Positions 56,055 to 64,000 of a DNA stretch of 64,000 nt are shown here, piece after piece. The stretch comes from Minisyncoccota bacterium (lineage in GTDB: Bacteria > Patescibacteriota > Minisyncoccia > Phycocordibacterales > Phycocordibacteraceae). The notes under the pieces were generated by a model, which saw only the letters and a list, made by a program, of their open reading frames with translations, did not search any database and was not told the origin of the DNA. Positions within the stretch are counted from its first letter, which is position 1, and every line of letters starts with the position of its first letter. The translations under genes and the position numbers were made by a program. The DNA is taken from NCBI GenBank assembly GCA_036405415.1, contig DASWXP010000002.1, positions 427,678-491,677 on the forward strand, written 5' to 3'.

Positions 56055-58425
56055 GACCCGCCTGGTACTGCTTGACGCGCACGCGATCATCCATCGCGCG
56101 TATCACGCGCTCCCTGATTTCACGGCGCCTTCCGGAGAGCCGACCGGCGCGCTCTACGGGCTCTCGTCGATGCTTCTGCGCATCGCGACCGAGCTTCGCC
56201 CCGATTACGTAGCCGCGTGCTACGACCTGCCGAAGCCGACCGTTCGTCACGAGGCGTACGCGGATTACAAGGCAGGGCGCGCGCAGACCGACGACTCGCT
56301 CTCAGCTCAGCTCACCACCTCGCGCCGCTTGTTCGACGCGTTCGCGATACCTATATACGAGAAGGCAGGATTCGAGGCGGACGACATCCTCGGCACCATC
56401 GTCGAGAAGCTCAAGGGCGACGACGAGGTCGAGATCGTCATCGCTTCAGGCGACATGGACACCATGCAGCTCATCTCGGGAAAGAAGGTGCAGGTATACA
56501 CCCTGAAGAAAGGCCTTAACGACACGATCTTGTATGACGAGGCTGCCGTAACGGAGCGGTACGGATTCGGTCCTGAGCGCATCGCGGACTTCAAGGGACT
56601 TCGTGGCGATCCCTCGGACAACATCAAGGGCGTTCCCGGCATCGGCGAGAAGACCGGCACCGAACTCATCCAGAAGTTCGGCTCGGTGGAGGACATCTAT
56701 GACGCGATCGCAAAGGACGAGAGCGCGGTTCTTGCCGCAGGCATCAGGCCGCGCATCCTGAATCTCCTCAAGGAACACGAGGAAGATGCTCGATTCTCGA
56801 AGTCGCTCGCCACTATCCGTGAGGACGCGCCCATCTCTTTCTCGTTCCCGAAGAAGTTCTGGAAGGACTGTATCGACCAGGCGAAGCTGCTCGCGCTCTT
56901 TGACGAGCTCGGATTCCGCTCACTTAAGCCGCGCGTAAAGAGCTTGCTCACGAAGGAAGGAGAGGTAGACGAAGAGGACGAAGAATCTTTTGAGGAACTT
57001 CCTGAAGAGGAAGATGTCCCGAAGACCCGCCTTGAAGAGGCGAAAGTGATGCTGTGGCTCCTGTATTCCGATTTCACGAACCCGTCGCTCGATGACATCC
57101 TCGCGTACACGAAGGCGAAATCCTTCGATGAGGCATACTCGACTCTCGAGAAGGGGATCACAGAGACCGGGCGCTTGAAAGAGGTCTACGAGGAGATGGA
57201 ACGTCCTTTGATCGGCATCATCGAAGAGATGCATCAGTGCGGCGTGCGGATCGATACGGCGGTGCTCGAGGATCTGCGCAAGAAATACCGCAAGGAGCTC
57301 ACCGCGATCGAGAAGCGTATCTATAAAGCAGCAGGACGCGAGTTCAATATCAGCTCCCCGAAGCAGCTCGGCGAGGTCTTGTTCGACGAGCTCGGTCTCA
57401 TGGCGAAAGGACAGAAGAAGACCTCGACCGGACAGCGCTCAACCAAGGAATCGGAGCTCGAGAAGATCAAAGATCTTCATCCAATCGTTGCGGACGTGCT
57501 TGAGTTCCGCGGGCTCCAGAAGCTCCTTTCGACCTATATCGAGGCGCTCCCGCCGCTTCTCTGGGACGACGGCAGGCTCCATGCGCAGTTCCTGCAGTAC
57601 GGCGCCGTTACCGGACGCATGGCGAGCCAGAACCCAGGGCTCCAGAACATCCCGATGCGCACGGAACGCGGACGCGCGATCCGGCATGCGTTCGTGCCGC
57701 GCGACGGCTTCACGCTCGTGGGTCTCGATTATTCTCAGATCGAGCTTCGCATCGCGGCGATGCTCTCGGGGGATCAGAAGCTCATCGATATCTTCAAGTC
57801 AGGACGCGACGTGCATCAGGAGGTTGCCGCTGCGGTGTTCAACGTGGCTCCTGAGAACGTGGACCGCGAGATGCGCCGGCGCGCGAAGATCATAAACTTC
57901 GGCATTCTCTACGGCATGGGCGTGAACGCGCTCAAGACGCAGCTCGGGACCACGACGTCCGAAGCGCACACCTTCTACGACGATTACTTCGAGACCTTCA
58001 AGACGCTCGCGCAGTACCTCGAGTCCACGCGCGGGTTCGCGCGCAAGCACGGATACACGGAGACCCTGTTCGGGCGCAGACGTCAGTTCCCGGAGATGAA
58101 ATCGCCGCTTCCGTACGTGCGGGCGCAGGCAGAGCGCATGGCCATCAATGCGCCGATCCAGGGAACCCAGGCGGACATCACGAAGCGCGCCATGGTGTCC
58201 GTGGACAAGCTTCTGAAGGAGATGGGCGCGAAGGAGGACGTGCACCTGCTTCTACAGGTGCATGACGAACTCGTGTACGAGATCCGGAACAGCAGAGTCG
58301 CTGAGCTTGCGGAGAAGATCAGGACAGAAATGGAACGCGCGCTCCCTGAGGAATACGCCGAGGGCGTACCGGTTATCGCCGAAGCGAAGTCCGGCTCTGA
58401 TTGGGGAAACATGGAAGCGCTATGA
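56047..58425 (+). CDS. polA: DNA polymerase I
   Basis: 5'-nuclease domain (LLDAHAIIHRAYHA), a degenerate 3'-5' exo region, and pol motifs A (DYSQIELR), B (RRRAKIINFGILYG) and C (QVHDELV). Confidence 0.9.
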   Translation: MRKTRLVLLDAHAIIHRAYHALPDFTAPSGEPTGALYGLSSMLLRIATELRPDYVAACYDLPKPTVRHEAYADYKAGRAQTDDSLSAQLTTSRRLFDAFAIPIYEKAGFEADDILGTIVEKLKGDDEVEIVIASGDMDTMQLISGKKVQVYTLKKGLNDTILYDEAAVTERYGFGPERIADFKGLRGDPSDNIKGVPGIGEKTGTELIQKFGSVEDIYDAIAKDESAVLAAGIRPRILNLLKEHEEDARFSKSLATIREDAPISFSFPKKFWKDCIDQAKLLALFDELGFRSLKPRVKSLLTKEGEVDEEDEESFEELPEEEDVPKTRLEEAKVMLWLLYSDFTNPSLDDILAYTKAKSFDEAYSTLEKGITETGRLKEVYEEMERPLIGIIEEMHQCGVRIDTAVLEDLRKKYRKELTAIEKRIYKAAGREFNISSPKQLGEVLFDELGLMAKGQKKTSTGQRSTKESELEKIKDLHPIVADVLEFRGLQKLLSTYIEALPPLLWDDGRLHAQFLQYGAVTGRMASQNPGLQNIPMRTERGRAIRHAFVPRDGFTLVGLDYSQIELRIAAMLSGDQKLIDIFKSGRDVHQEVAAAVFNVAPENVDREMRRRAKIINFGILYGMGVNALKTQLGTTTSEAHTFYDDYFETFKTLAQYLESTRGFARKHGYTETLFGRRRQFPEMKSPLPYVRAQAERMAINAPIQGTQADITKRAMVSVDKLLKEMGAKEDVHLLLQVHDELVYEIRNSRVAELAEKIRTEMERALPEEYAEGVPVIAEAKSGSDWGNMEAL

Positions 58426-59072
58426 TCTACCTCTTTCACGGAAGCGATGTAGGAAAAGTGCGCGCCAAAGCGTTCCAGTGGGTAGCGGCTGCGCGCGCGA
58501 AGGCGCCGGATGCAGCGTACATACGACTTGAAGGTAAGGAGATAACCGAAGCGGCGCTCACCGAGGCGCTCTCGACGCAGGGCCTCTTCTTCTCGAAGTC
58601 GCTTGTGTTTATCGATGATCCGTTCGCCGCACAGGAATCGGGAGATGTCGTGCTTTCGCTCCTTGATGCGCTTTCTGAGTCTGAGAATCCGGTTGGCATC
58701 CTTGCGCCGAAGCTTCTCGCAGCTCAGGTAAAGAAGCTCGAAGCGAAGGCTGCGAAGGTATTCAAAGAGGACTCAGCAGCAAAGCCTGCGCGCGGATTCA
58801 ATGGCGCGCTCGTGAACGCACTCGGTTCCAGGAACAGTACCGCGCTTTGGAAGGAGATAGTGAAAGCGTTCCGTTCAGGCGACGTGCCAGAGACCGTGCA
58901 CGGCCTCCTTCACTGGAAGGCGCGCGACCTGATGCAGAAGGGGAGTCCTGCGTGGACGAAGGAAGAGGCGAGAGCGCTTTCAGCTTCTCTTATCGAGCTC
59001 GTTGCCGAATCTCGTTCGGGAGATCTGGCGCTCGGTCCTGCGCTTGAGCGGTTCGCTCTCTCGCTTCGATAA
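58422..59072 (+). CDS. holA: DNA polymerase III delta subunit-like protein
   Basis: MIYLFHGSD N-terminus typical of HolA; short form; ATGA overlap with the polA stop. Confidence 0.55.
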   Translation: MIYLFHGSDVGKVRAKAFQWVAAARAKAPDAAYIRLEGKEITEAALTEALSTQGLFFSKSLVFIDDPFAAQESGDVVLSLLDALSESENPVGILAPKLLAAQVKKLEAKAAKVFKEDSAAKPARGFNGALVNALGSRNSTALWKEIVKAFRSGDVPETVHGLLHWKARDLMQKGSPAWTKEEARALSASLIELVAESRSGDLALGPALERFALSLR

Positions 59073-59075
59073 GTT

Positions 59076-59621
59076 ATGAAGGAAATTGTCTTTGTCACGG
59101 GTAATCCAGGAAAAGTTCAGGAGGTGGAGCGCTTTCTCGGACTGCCGCTAAAGCACGTGGCCGTTGAGCTTGAAGAGCTCCAATCAATAGACCCGGAATC
59201 TATCGTAAGACGCAAAGCCGAGGCGGCTTTTGGGAAGCTTGGCGTCCCTCTTCTTGTAGAGGACACATCAGTAGTATTTACAGCGCTAAATCGGCTCCCC
59301 GGGCCTTTTATAAAATACTTCGAAGAAGAGCTTGGACAAGAAGGCCTCTGTCGTTTGCTTGATGGCAAAGATCGTTCTTGTGTGGCAACCGCACGCTTTG
59401 CATTTCATGATGGCGCACAGGTACACGTGTTTGAGGGATCGATGCCTGGTAGTGTGGCGGATACTCCACGCGGAACTCGTAGCTTTGGGTGGGCGTCTAT
59501 CGTCGTCCCAGAAGGTAAGGAGAAAACGTACGCAGAGATGTCTGATGAAGAACAGGCAGAAGTCGCCATGCGAAAGAAAGCGCTTCTGAGGCTCCGAGAG
59601 GCGCTTGCCTCGCTCTATTAG
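59076..59621 (+). CDS. rdgB: non-canonical purine NTP pyrophosphatase (Ham1/RdgB family)
   Basis: VTGNPGK, EDTS and FHDG motifs. Confidence 0.85.
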   Translation: MKEIVFVTGNPGKVQEVERFLGLPLKHVAVELEELQSIDPESIVRRKAEAAFGKLGVPLLVEDTSVVFTALNRLPGPFIKYFEEELGQEGLCRLLDGKDRSCVATARFAFHDGAQVHVFEGSMPGSVADTPRGTRSFGWASIVVPEGKEKTYAEMSDEEQAEVAMRKKALLRLREALASLY

Positions 59622-59628
59622 TATTTTG

Positions 59629-59701
59629 TCCGCCTACCTGGGCTCGAACCAGGGACCGTCTCCTTAAAAGGGAGCTGCTCTACCGACTGAGCTATAGGCG
59701 G
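59629..59701 (-). tRNA. tRNA-Lys (anticodon TTT)
   Basis: Hand-folded: acceptor CCGCCTA/TAGGCGG, D-arm GCTCAGTCGGTAGAGC, anticodon loop CTTTTAA, T-loop TTCGAGC. There is a G27-A43 mismatch in the anticodon stem. Confidence 0.7.
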
Positions 59702-59720
59702 ATGTGGGCACGTTATACCG

Positions 59721-60605
59721 CTAATACGTATACAGGTCTACCGTCTTCCCGGCGGCATCAAGCAGCTTCACAGAATCACGAGTCGGTTTCCAGAGCTCGC
59801 GGTTCTCGTCCAGGTAGATGCGCCACGTGCTTCCGGTGAAGTTCGCGTCGCCTCGATGATGCTCCACGCAGCCGTTATACGTGAGGTACTCGTCGATAAG
59901 GTCCTCGCAGCGGCTGGAGACTCCCGAGCGCGATGGCGTGGTGCAGGATGCGGTCGACTGCATGCGGTAATAGCACGTATCGTCGCGCAGCTCGTTCCCT
60001 TCGTAATAACGATCGAACTCCTGTGAGGCGAGCGGACAGGAAGTCGGAAGCGCTGGTTGGTATTTCTGGTTGCGCTGGAGATACCCGATGCACATATTCT
60101 CCTTGAAGGAGACGCCGAGCGGAGACTCTCCGGTAACGACGAGCGCGGTATCGCCCTGCTGAAGCACGATCCGATCGGTCGAGTTCACGCGCCCTGAACG
60201 GGGAAGTACCGCTCCTTCCGGGATGCGCCCGTTCTTTCCGGACGCTCCGGACACGAGACGCCATCCGGTTATATCGATCGGCGCCGTACCGGTGTTTTGG
60301 ATAGAGACGTACTCGAGGTCCGGGTCGGTAGTGCCAGCGTTCCCGACGCCCGAGACGCGCACCTCGCCGCGAAGCGGGGAAGGGTCGCTAGTTCCCTGAA
60401 GCCCGGAGAGCCCGTTCCCGATGTTCGTGATATCTCCCCAGATGCTTCCGCCATCCCCGTATCCTTGCTGGTTCGTGTCCACGTCGGTAATCGGCGTGAT
60501 GTACGGGCCCGCAAACGAGATAGGGCGGTTCGGTCCGCCGCTATAGAGCCATGCGGCGAAGAAGAACACGAGGACGCCGAGGAAGAAGACCGCGTCGCTT
60601 TTCAT
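59721..60605 (-). CDS. membrane-anchored lamin-tail-domain (LTD) protein
   Basis: N-terminal TM, then an LTD-like segment (GEVRVSGVGNAGTTDPDLEYVSIQNTGTAPIDITGWRL), and a Cys-rich C-terminal region. Confidence 0.55.
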   Translation of the reverse strand: MKSDAVFFLGVLVFFFAAWLYSGGPNRPISFAGPYITPITDVDTNQQGYGDGGSIWGDITNIGNGLSGLQGTSDPSPLRGEVRVSGVGNAGTTDPDLEYVSIQNTGTAPIDITGWRLVSGASGKNGRIPEGAVLPRSGRVNSTDRIVLQQGDTALVVTGESPLGVSFKENMCIGYLQRNQKYQPALPTSCPLASQEFDRYYEGNELRDDTCYYRMQSTASCTTPSRSGVSSRCEDLIDEYLTYNGCVEHHRGDANFTGSTWRIYLDENRELWKPTRDSVKLLDAAGKTVDLYTY

Positions 60606-60624
60606 GCCCGTATAGTACCAAGTA

Positions 60625-61890
60625 CTAGAGAATCTTCTTGAGTTCCTCGCGCACTACCTGTGCATCGCTCCACGGCGTCCTCACGTTGTTCGCCTCCATG
60701 ATGTACGGATCGGTACCCTTGCCGGTTATGAGGACAGCGTCTCCGGTCTTCGCAAGCGAGAGAGCGCGCGCGATTGCTGCGCGGCGGTCCATGATGATCT
60801 CTGGCTTTCGGTCCATGCCTGCAGCCATCGCATCAACGATAGTGCGCGGATCCTCGTCGTACGGATCCTCGTTCGCAAGAATAACCACGTCGCAATACGT
60901 CTCCGCGATCTTGCCCATCTCAGGACGCTTCCACGTGTCGCGCCCGCCGCCCGTGTTCCCAAGTACGCAGATGCGGCGCGTGGGGTATGCCTCATAGAGT
61001 GCTTTCAGAGAATCCGGCGTATGCGCGTAATCGACGATCGCCTGGAAGTCCTGTCCTTCCTCGATGCGCTCGGTGCGTCCGGGGATGCGCTCGAGCGCAG
61101 CGAGTCCTTCGGCGATCTTCGGAAGTGGTACCTCAAGGAATTCGGCCGCCTTTATAACCGCAAGCGCGTTCATGATGCTGAAGCTTCCCGGAAGCTGGAG
61201 CGTAAAGCGAACATCCTTGTATGTGAACGAGGCACGGCCTGGAGCAAGCTCCACATCGCTCGCTTCCTCGTATGAGAACGGACGCTTCTCCTCGACCGGA
61301 AGCGCAAGGTACGGAGCGCTCCTGGGATCGTCGCCGTTCGGGATTATCACGCGCGGACGCTTCGGAGAGCGAGCGAGCTCCTTGCCGATTTCGAGCTTTG
61401 CGAGCGCGTAGTTCTCGAATCCACCATGAGACTCGATGTGCTCTTTCTGCAGGTTCGTGAAGATGAGGCCGTTCTGGAAGAGGTAGCGATGGCGGTGCTG
61501 GCGTGTGCTTTCTGAGGTGATCTCGACCACGGCATACTTCGCGCCCGCTTTCACGGCCTTCGCGAGGAACGCGTGGATGAATCCGCGCCCAGGCATCGTC
61601 ATCTTGTATAGGTTCGGTTCTGACTCGTCGTTAATCGCGAAGCGAATCGTGCCCGCAACCGCAGACGGGTATCCCGCGTAGCGCAGCACCGAGAACAGCA
61701 TGTCTGAAACAGACGACTTTCCCTTGGTGCCGGTTACGCCGATAACCGTAAGCTTCTTTGCAGGGAACCCGTAGCTTGCAGCAAGGAGGAATGCGAGCGT
61801 GCGGTGATAGAAGGGAAGAAGAGGGTGTACCAAAGAGGAAGGGAGAACCTTCTTGAGTAGCTCGATGAGCGCGTTCAGTATCTTGTACAT
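60625..61890 (-). CDS. Mur ligase family protein (MurE/MurF-like, short N-terminus)
   Basis: P-loop GVTGTKGKSS and a DYAHTPDSL motif. Confidence 0.8.
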   Translation of the reverse strand: MYKILNALIELLKKVLPSSLVHPLLPFYHRTLAFLLAASYGFPAKKLTVIGVTGTKGKSSVSDMLFSVLRYAGYPSAVAGTIRFAINDESEPNLYKMTMPGRGFIHAFLAKAVKAGAKYAVVEITSESTRQHRHRYLFQNGLIFTNLQKEHIESHGGFENYALAKLEIGKELARSPKRPRVIIPNGDDPRSAPYLALPVEEKRPFSYEEASDVELAPGRASFTYKDVRFTLQLPGSFSIMNALAVIKAAEFLEVPLPKIAEGLAALERIPGRTERIEEGQDFQAIVDYAHTPDSLKALYEAYPTRRICVLGNTGGGRDTWKRPEMGKIAETYCDVVILANEDPYDEDPRTIVDAMAAGMDRKPEIIMDRRAAIARALSLAKTGDAVLITGKGTDPYIMEANNVRTPWSDAQVVREELKKIL

Positions 61891-61892
61891 GG

Positions 61893-62435
61893 CTATTTTG
61901 AGAGAGCTGCCTTAAGCCGCGCGTCCTTCCCGAGCACTGACGCCGGAACCCTCGAAAGGGCAGCTCGTGCCTCGCGTTCCGTGTATCCGAGGGCGACGAG
62001 CGTGTCGAATACTTCCGAGTCGTCTGTGTCATGTGTTTTCGCGCCTCCGACCTTCTCTGAGAGCTCGACGAGGAGCTTCTCTGCGGCTTTCTTCCCGAGG
62101 CCGATGACACGGGTGAGGTAATCGAGGTCGCGGGTGCCAATCGCGCCTTCGAGCGCTTCGCGCGGCGCCTTCCGAAGGATGCCAAGCGCGGTCTTGGGAC
62201 CCACGCCCGGAACGCCCACGAGAAGCTCGAAGAAGCGGCGCTCCGCCTCGTCCGGGAACCCGTAGAGATCCATGCCGTCCTGCTTAACTGCCAGATAGGT
62301 CTTAAGAGTGATTTCTTGGCCCTCAGCATAGGCTTCCGGAGCAGACATATATATGAATGCGCCCCAGCCGGAGATGTCGAGGATGATGCCTCCTGGCTCC
62401 GTGCCCGCTACCGTGCCGCGTACCTGCCTGATCAT
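61893..62435 (-). CDS. ruvA: Holliday junction DNA helicase subunit RuvA
   Basis: MIRQVRGTV start, two HhH motifs (VPGVGPKTA) and a C-terminal domain III. The ORF-track extension up to 62822 overlaps rpsT on the other strand and was rejected. Confidence 0.85.
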   Translation of the reverse strand: MIRQVRGTVAGTEPGGIILDISGWGAFIYMSAPEAYAEGQEITLKTYLAVKQDGMDLYGFPDEAERRFFELLVGVPGVGPKTALGILRKAPREALEGAIGTRDLDYLTRVIGLGKKAAEKLLVELSEKVGGAKTHDTDDSEVFDTLVALGYTEREARAALSRVPASVLGKDARLKAALSK

Positions 62436-62492
62436 AGGCGTATCGTAGCATTTCTTGCGCATATTCCCGGAATGCCGTAGTATCCGCACTAC

Positions 62493-62756
62493 ATGGCAAT
62501 CACCAAGAACGCAAAGAAGGCCCACCGCGCATCTCTCAAGAAGCGCGTCTTCAACGTCCGCCGCAAGCGCGCGCTTACCGACACCACCAAGGTTGTCCGC
62601 AAGGCGATCGCGACCGACGTGAAGGAGGCAGAGAAGTCCCTCTCGGCAGCCTACAAGGCGATCGACAAGGCAGCGAAGACCGGCGTCATCAAGAAGAACG
62701 CGGCGTCCCGCAAGAAGTCCCGCCTCGCACAGGCAATCGCTCGCGCGAAGGCATAA
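62493..62756 (+). CDS. rpsT: 30S ribosomal protein S20
   Basis: 87-aa basic helical protein with an AITKNAKKAHRAS N-terminus. Confidence 0.9.
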   Translation: MAITKNAKKAHRASLKKRVFNVRRKRALTDTTKVVRKAIATDVKEAEKSLSAAYKAIDKAAKTGVIKKNAASRKKSRLAQAIARAKA

Positions 62757-62760
62757 GCAA

Positions 62761-62789
62761 AAGACCCGCACTCCGCGGGTCTTTTGCTT
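62761..62789 (+). terminator. intrinsic terminator after rpsT
   Basis: AAGACCCGCactcGCGGGTCTTTTGCTTTT. Confidence 0.6.
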
Positions 62790-62795
62790 TTCAGG

Positions 62796-62867
62796 TGCTC
62801 TCGGCAGGAATCGAACCTGCATTGCCTCCTTCGGAGGGAGGCGTCCTATCCATTGAACGACGAGAGC
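62796..62867 (-). tRNA. tRNA-Arg (anticodon CCG)
   Basis: Acceptor GCTCTCG/CGAGAGC, anticodon loop CTCCGAA, T-loop TTCGATT. Confidence 0.8.
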
Positions 62868-62930
62868 GCTTCCGGACTATAGCAGAAACAGCGCCCGATT
62901 GGGGCGCTGTTTCTGTACTTGGTGCTCTCG

Positions 62931-63002
62931 GATGGAATCGAACCATCATTACAACTTCCGCAAAGTTGCGTCCTATCCATTGAACGACGAGAGCGTAAAT
63001 GG
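62931..63002 (-). tRNA. tRNA-Arg (anticodon GCG)
   Basis: Same acceptor and D-arm as the neighbouring tRNA-Arg, anticodon loop TTGCGGA, T-loop TTCGATT. Confidence 0.75.
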
Positions 63003-63027
63003 ACTCTACCGCACCTAGGGCCGTAAA

Positions 63028-63516
63028 TCAAAGGCGCAAAAGGTCGATGATGCGGTCGGTGAGGGACTCGTCGTGCCTGCCTTCGTCAACGTGCTCCGCG
63101 AAGAACTCATAGAGCTCGAGCGGGTCCGGCCCAACGATCGGGATCAGGAGATGCGGCGCGAGAATCTTGTGGGTGCGCAGCGACAGGGCAGGGGGGCGGT
63201 TCGGATCGATGTACTCGAGGACCGAGAACGAGTGAATGCTCTCGTACTCGTACAGGTTCTCGTCGATCATCACGCCCTCGTCCGTGACGCGGAAGAGGTG
63301 CATGCGAGGTCGCTTCAAGGTCGAGAGCGCGAGCGTGCCGCTTGCTACCAGAATGAGAAGCGCGAGAATCACGTTCCCGAAGAGCGCGGACGCGATCGCG
63401 CCCGCAACCGCGACGATGCCGAGCGCCCAATACCAGTCGCCGCTCTTCTCCTCGAAGAGATATCCCTCCGCACTCCATTCGAAGAACACTGCGCGTGCCA
63501 TAGATACGAGAATCAT
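63028..63516 (-). CDS. hypothetical membrane protein
   Basis: Two TM helices near the N-terminus and an acidic C-terminal domain. Confidence 0.45.
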   Translation of the reverse strand: MILVSMARAVFFEWSAEGYLFEEKSGDWYWALGIVAVAGAIASALFGNVILALLILVASGTLALSTLKRPRMHLFRVTDEGVMIDENLYEYESIHSFSVLEYIDPNRPPALSLRTHKILAPHLLIPIVGPDPLELYEFFAEHVDEGRHDESLTDRIIDLLRL

Positions 63517-63550
63517 AGCACTCGCATATGCACGAACTGCCTACATTATG

Positions 63551-63636
63551 CGGAGGAGGTGGGATTCGAACCCACGAGACCTTTTGGGCCTGACTGTTTT
63601 CAAGACAGTTCGTTTCGACCACTCACGCACTCCTCC
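63551..63636 (-). tRNA. tRNA-Ser (anticodon TGA), long variable arm
   Basis: Acceptor GGAGGAG/CTCCTCC, anticodon loop CTTGAAA, an extra arm of about 18 nt, and T-loop TTCGAAT. Confidence 0.75.
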
Positions 63637-63649
63637 GTGTCTATATGGT

Positions 63650-63922
63650 TTACGCTACCGGAGCGTCTGATGCAATTGCCGAAAATTCCCGACGATCCTT
63701 CCTGAACGCGAGTAGGTAAACGAGCTCGAGGATGCCGAGCGAGTTCACCACGAGCAGCGCTACGAACCAGAAGGTCTGGCCGTTTCTCGCGGCGTGCCAG
63801 AGCGCGAACGCCTTGATGATGGTGGTCCAGAGCGCAAGCGCGATGAAGAGCGCGAAGAGCATGCCGCCCGGAACCGCAGAAAGGAATGGGAGGAGGTCCT
63901 CGGTGAACGCGAAGGGATGCAT
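63650..63922 (-). CDS. small two-TM membrane protein, hypothetical
   Basis: Start chosen at MHPFAFTEDLL. The upstream part of the longer ORF is Cys/Arg-rich and unlikely to be coding. Confidence 0.4.
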   Translation of the reverse strand: MHPFAFTEDLLPFLSAVPGGMLFALFIALALWTTIIKAFALWHAARNGQTFWFVALLVVNSLGILELVYLLAFRKDRREFSAIASDAPVA

Positions 63923-64000
63923 CGGGGCGAGTGTAGCACGCGGGCCACAGGGCGTGTAGCATAGGCGCATGCGACACCTCGGGATAGATTTCGGCACGAA

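Noticed and set aside
59076-59621. rdgB as a lower-GC horizontally acquired gene
   Set aside because: A rough count gives about 55% GC, within normal gene-to-gene variation here and far less deviant than the two 70% islands.
61893-62822. 309-aa ORF extending ruvA upstream across rpsT
   Set aside because: The N-terminal 129 aa are Cys/Leu/Arg-rich with no RuvA similarity and overlap rpsT on the opposite strand. RuvA begins at MIRQVRG (62435).
1-64000. CRISPR arrays, IS elements or integrase-flanked islands
   Set aside because: No run of evenly spaced direct repeats, no transposase-like ORF and no terminal inverted repeats were seen. The only recombinase is a housekeeping-type XerC/D next to xthA.

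Overview
This is a 64-kb gene-dense chromosomal segment with about 58-60% GC and weak Shine-Dalgarno usage in the bulk genes. It spans the replication origin: rpmH-rnpA-yidC on the minus strand, divergent from dnaA-dnaN, with a perfect TTATCCACA DnaA box ahead of dnaA and a DnaA-box cluster between dnaA and dnaN. Gene content points to a small-genome bacterium, possibly Patescibacteria/CPR, but that is inference from gene content only and I could not run a search. Supporting content is RNase Y, a lamin-tail-domain protein, type IV pili with giant pilin-like proteins, and a PrgI/VirB4/VirB6 cluster.

Main blocks:
- A minus-strand type IV pilus operon: pilB, pilC, a large pseudopilin, a pilin and a PilX-like protein, running directly into tpiA-pgk.
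- A housekeeping block: nusA, ppa, clpP, rny, hup, rarA, lysA, cca, xthA, xer, rpsO, uvrD, ksgA.
- A 12-kb plus-strand block (31.1-43.4 kb) that looks like a conjugation/T4SS-like module. It encodes a VirB6/TrbL-like polytopic membrane protein, a PrgI/VirB3-like protein, a VirB4 ATPase split by an in-frame TAG, a VirB2-like secreted membrane protein and several secreted/membrane hypotheticals.
- An origin block followed by PBP1A, ruvC-yebC-ruvB, a second PilB-like ATPase, tsaE-polA-holA-rdgB, a Mur ligase, ruvA and rpsT.

Eight tRNAs lie on the minus strand. Three are tRNA-Arg (TCG, CCG, GCG), which together decode CGN codons without an ACG/inosine tRNA.

The most unusual things in the window:
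1. Two short islands of about 70-75% GC flank pilB. Each carries one small membrane-protein gene with a strong SD, its own promoter-like element and a hairpin terminator, and looks foreign to the host genome.
2. Four tandem DnaA-box-like 9-mers sit inside the tRNA cluster, about 26 kb from oriC.
3. A near-palindromic TTTCACGTGAAA motif occurs six times in and just after cca.
4. The VirB4 homolog is interrupted by an amber codon.

No CRISPR array, rRNA or obvious IS element was seen.
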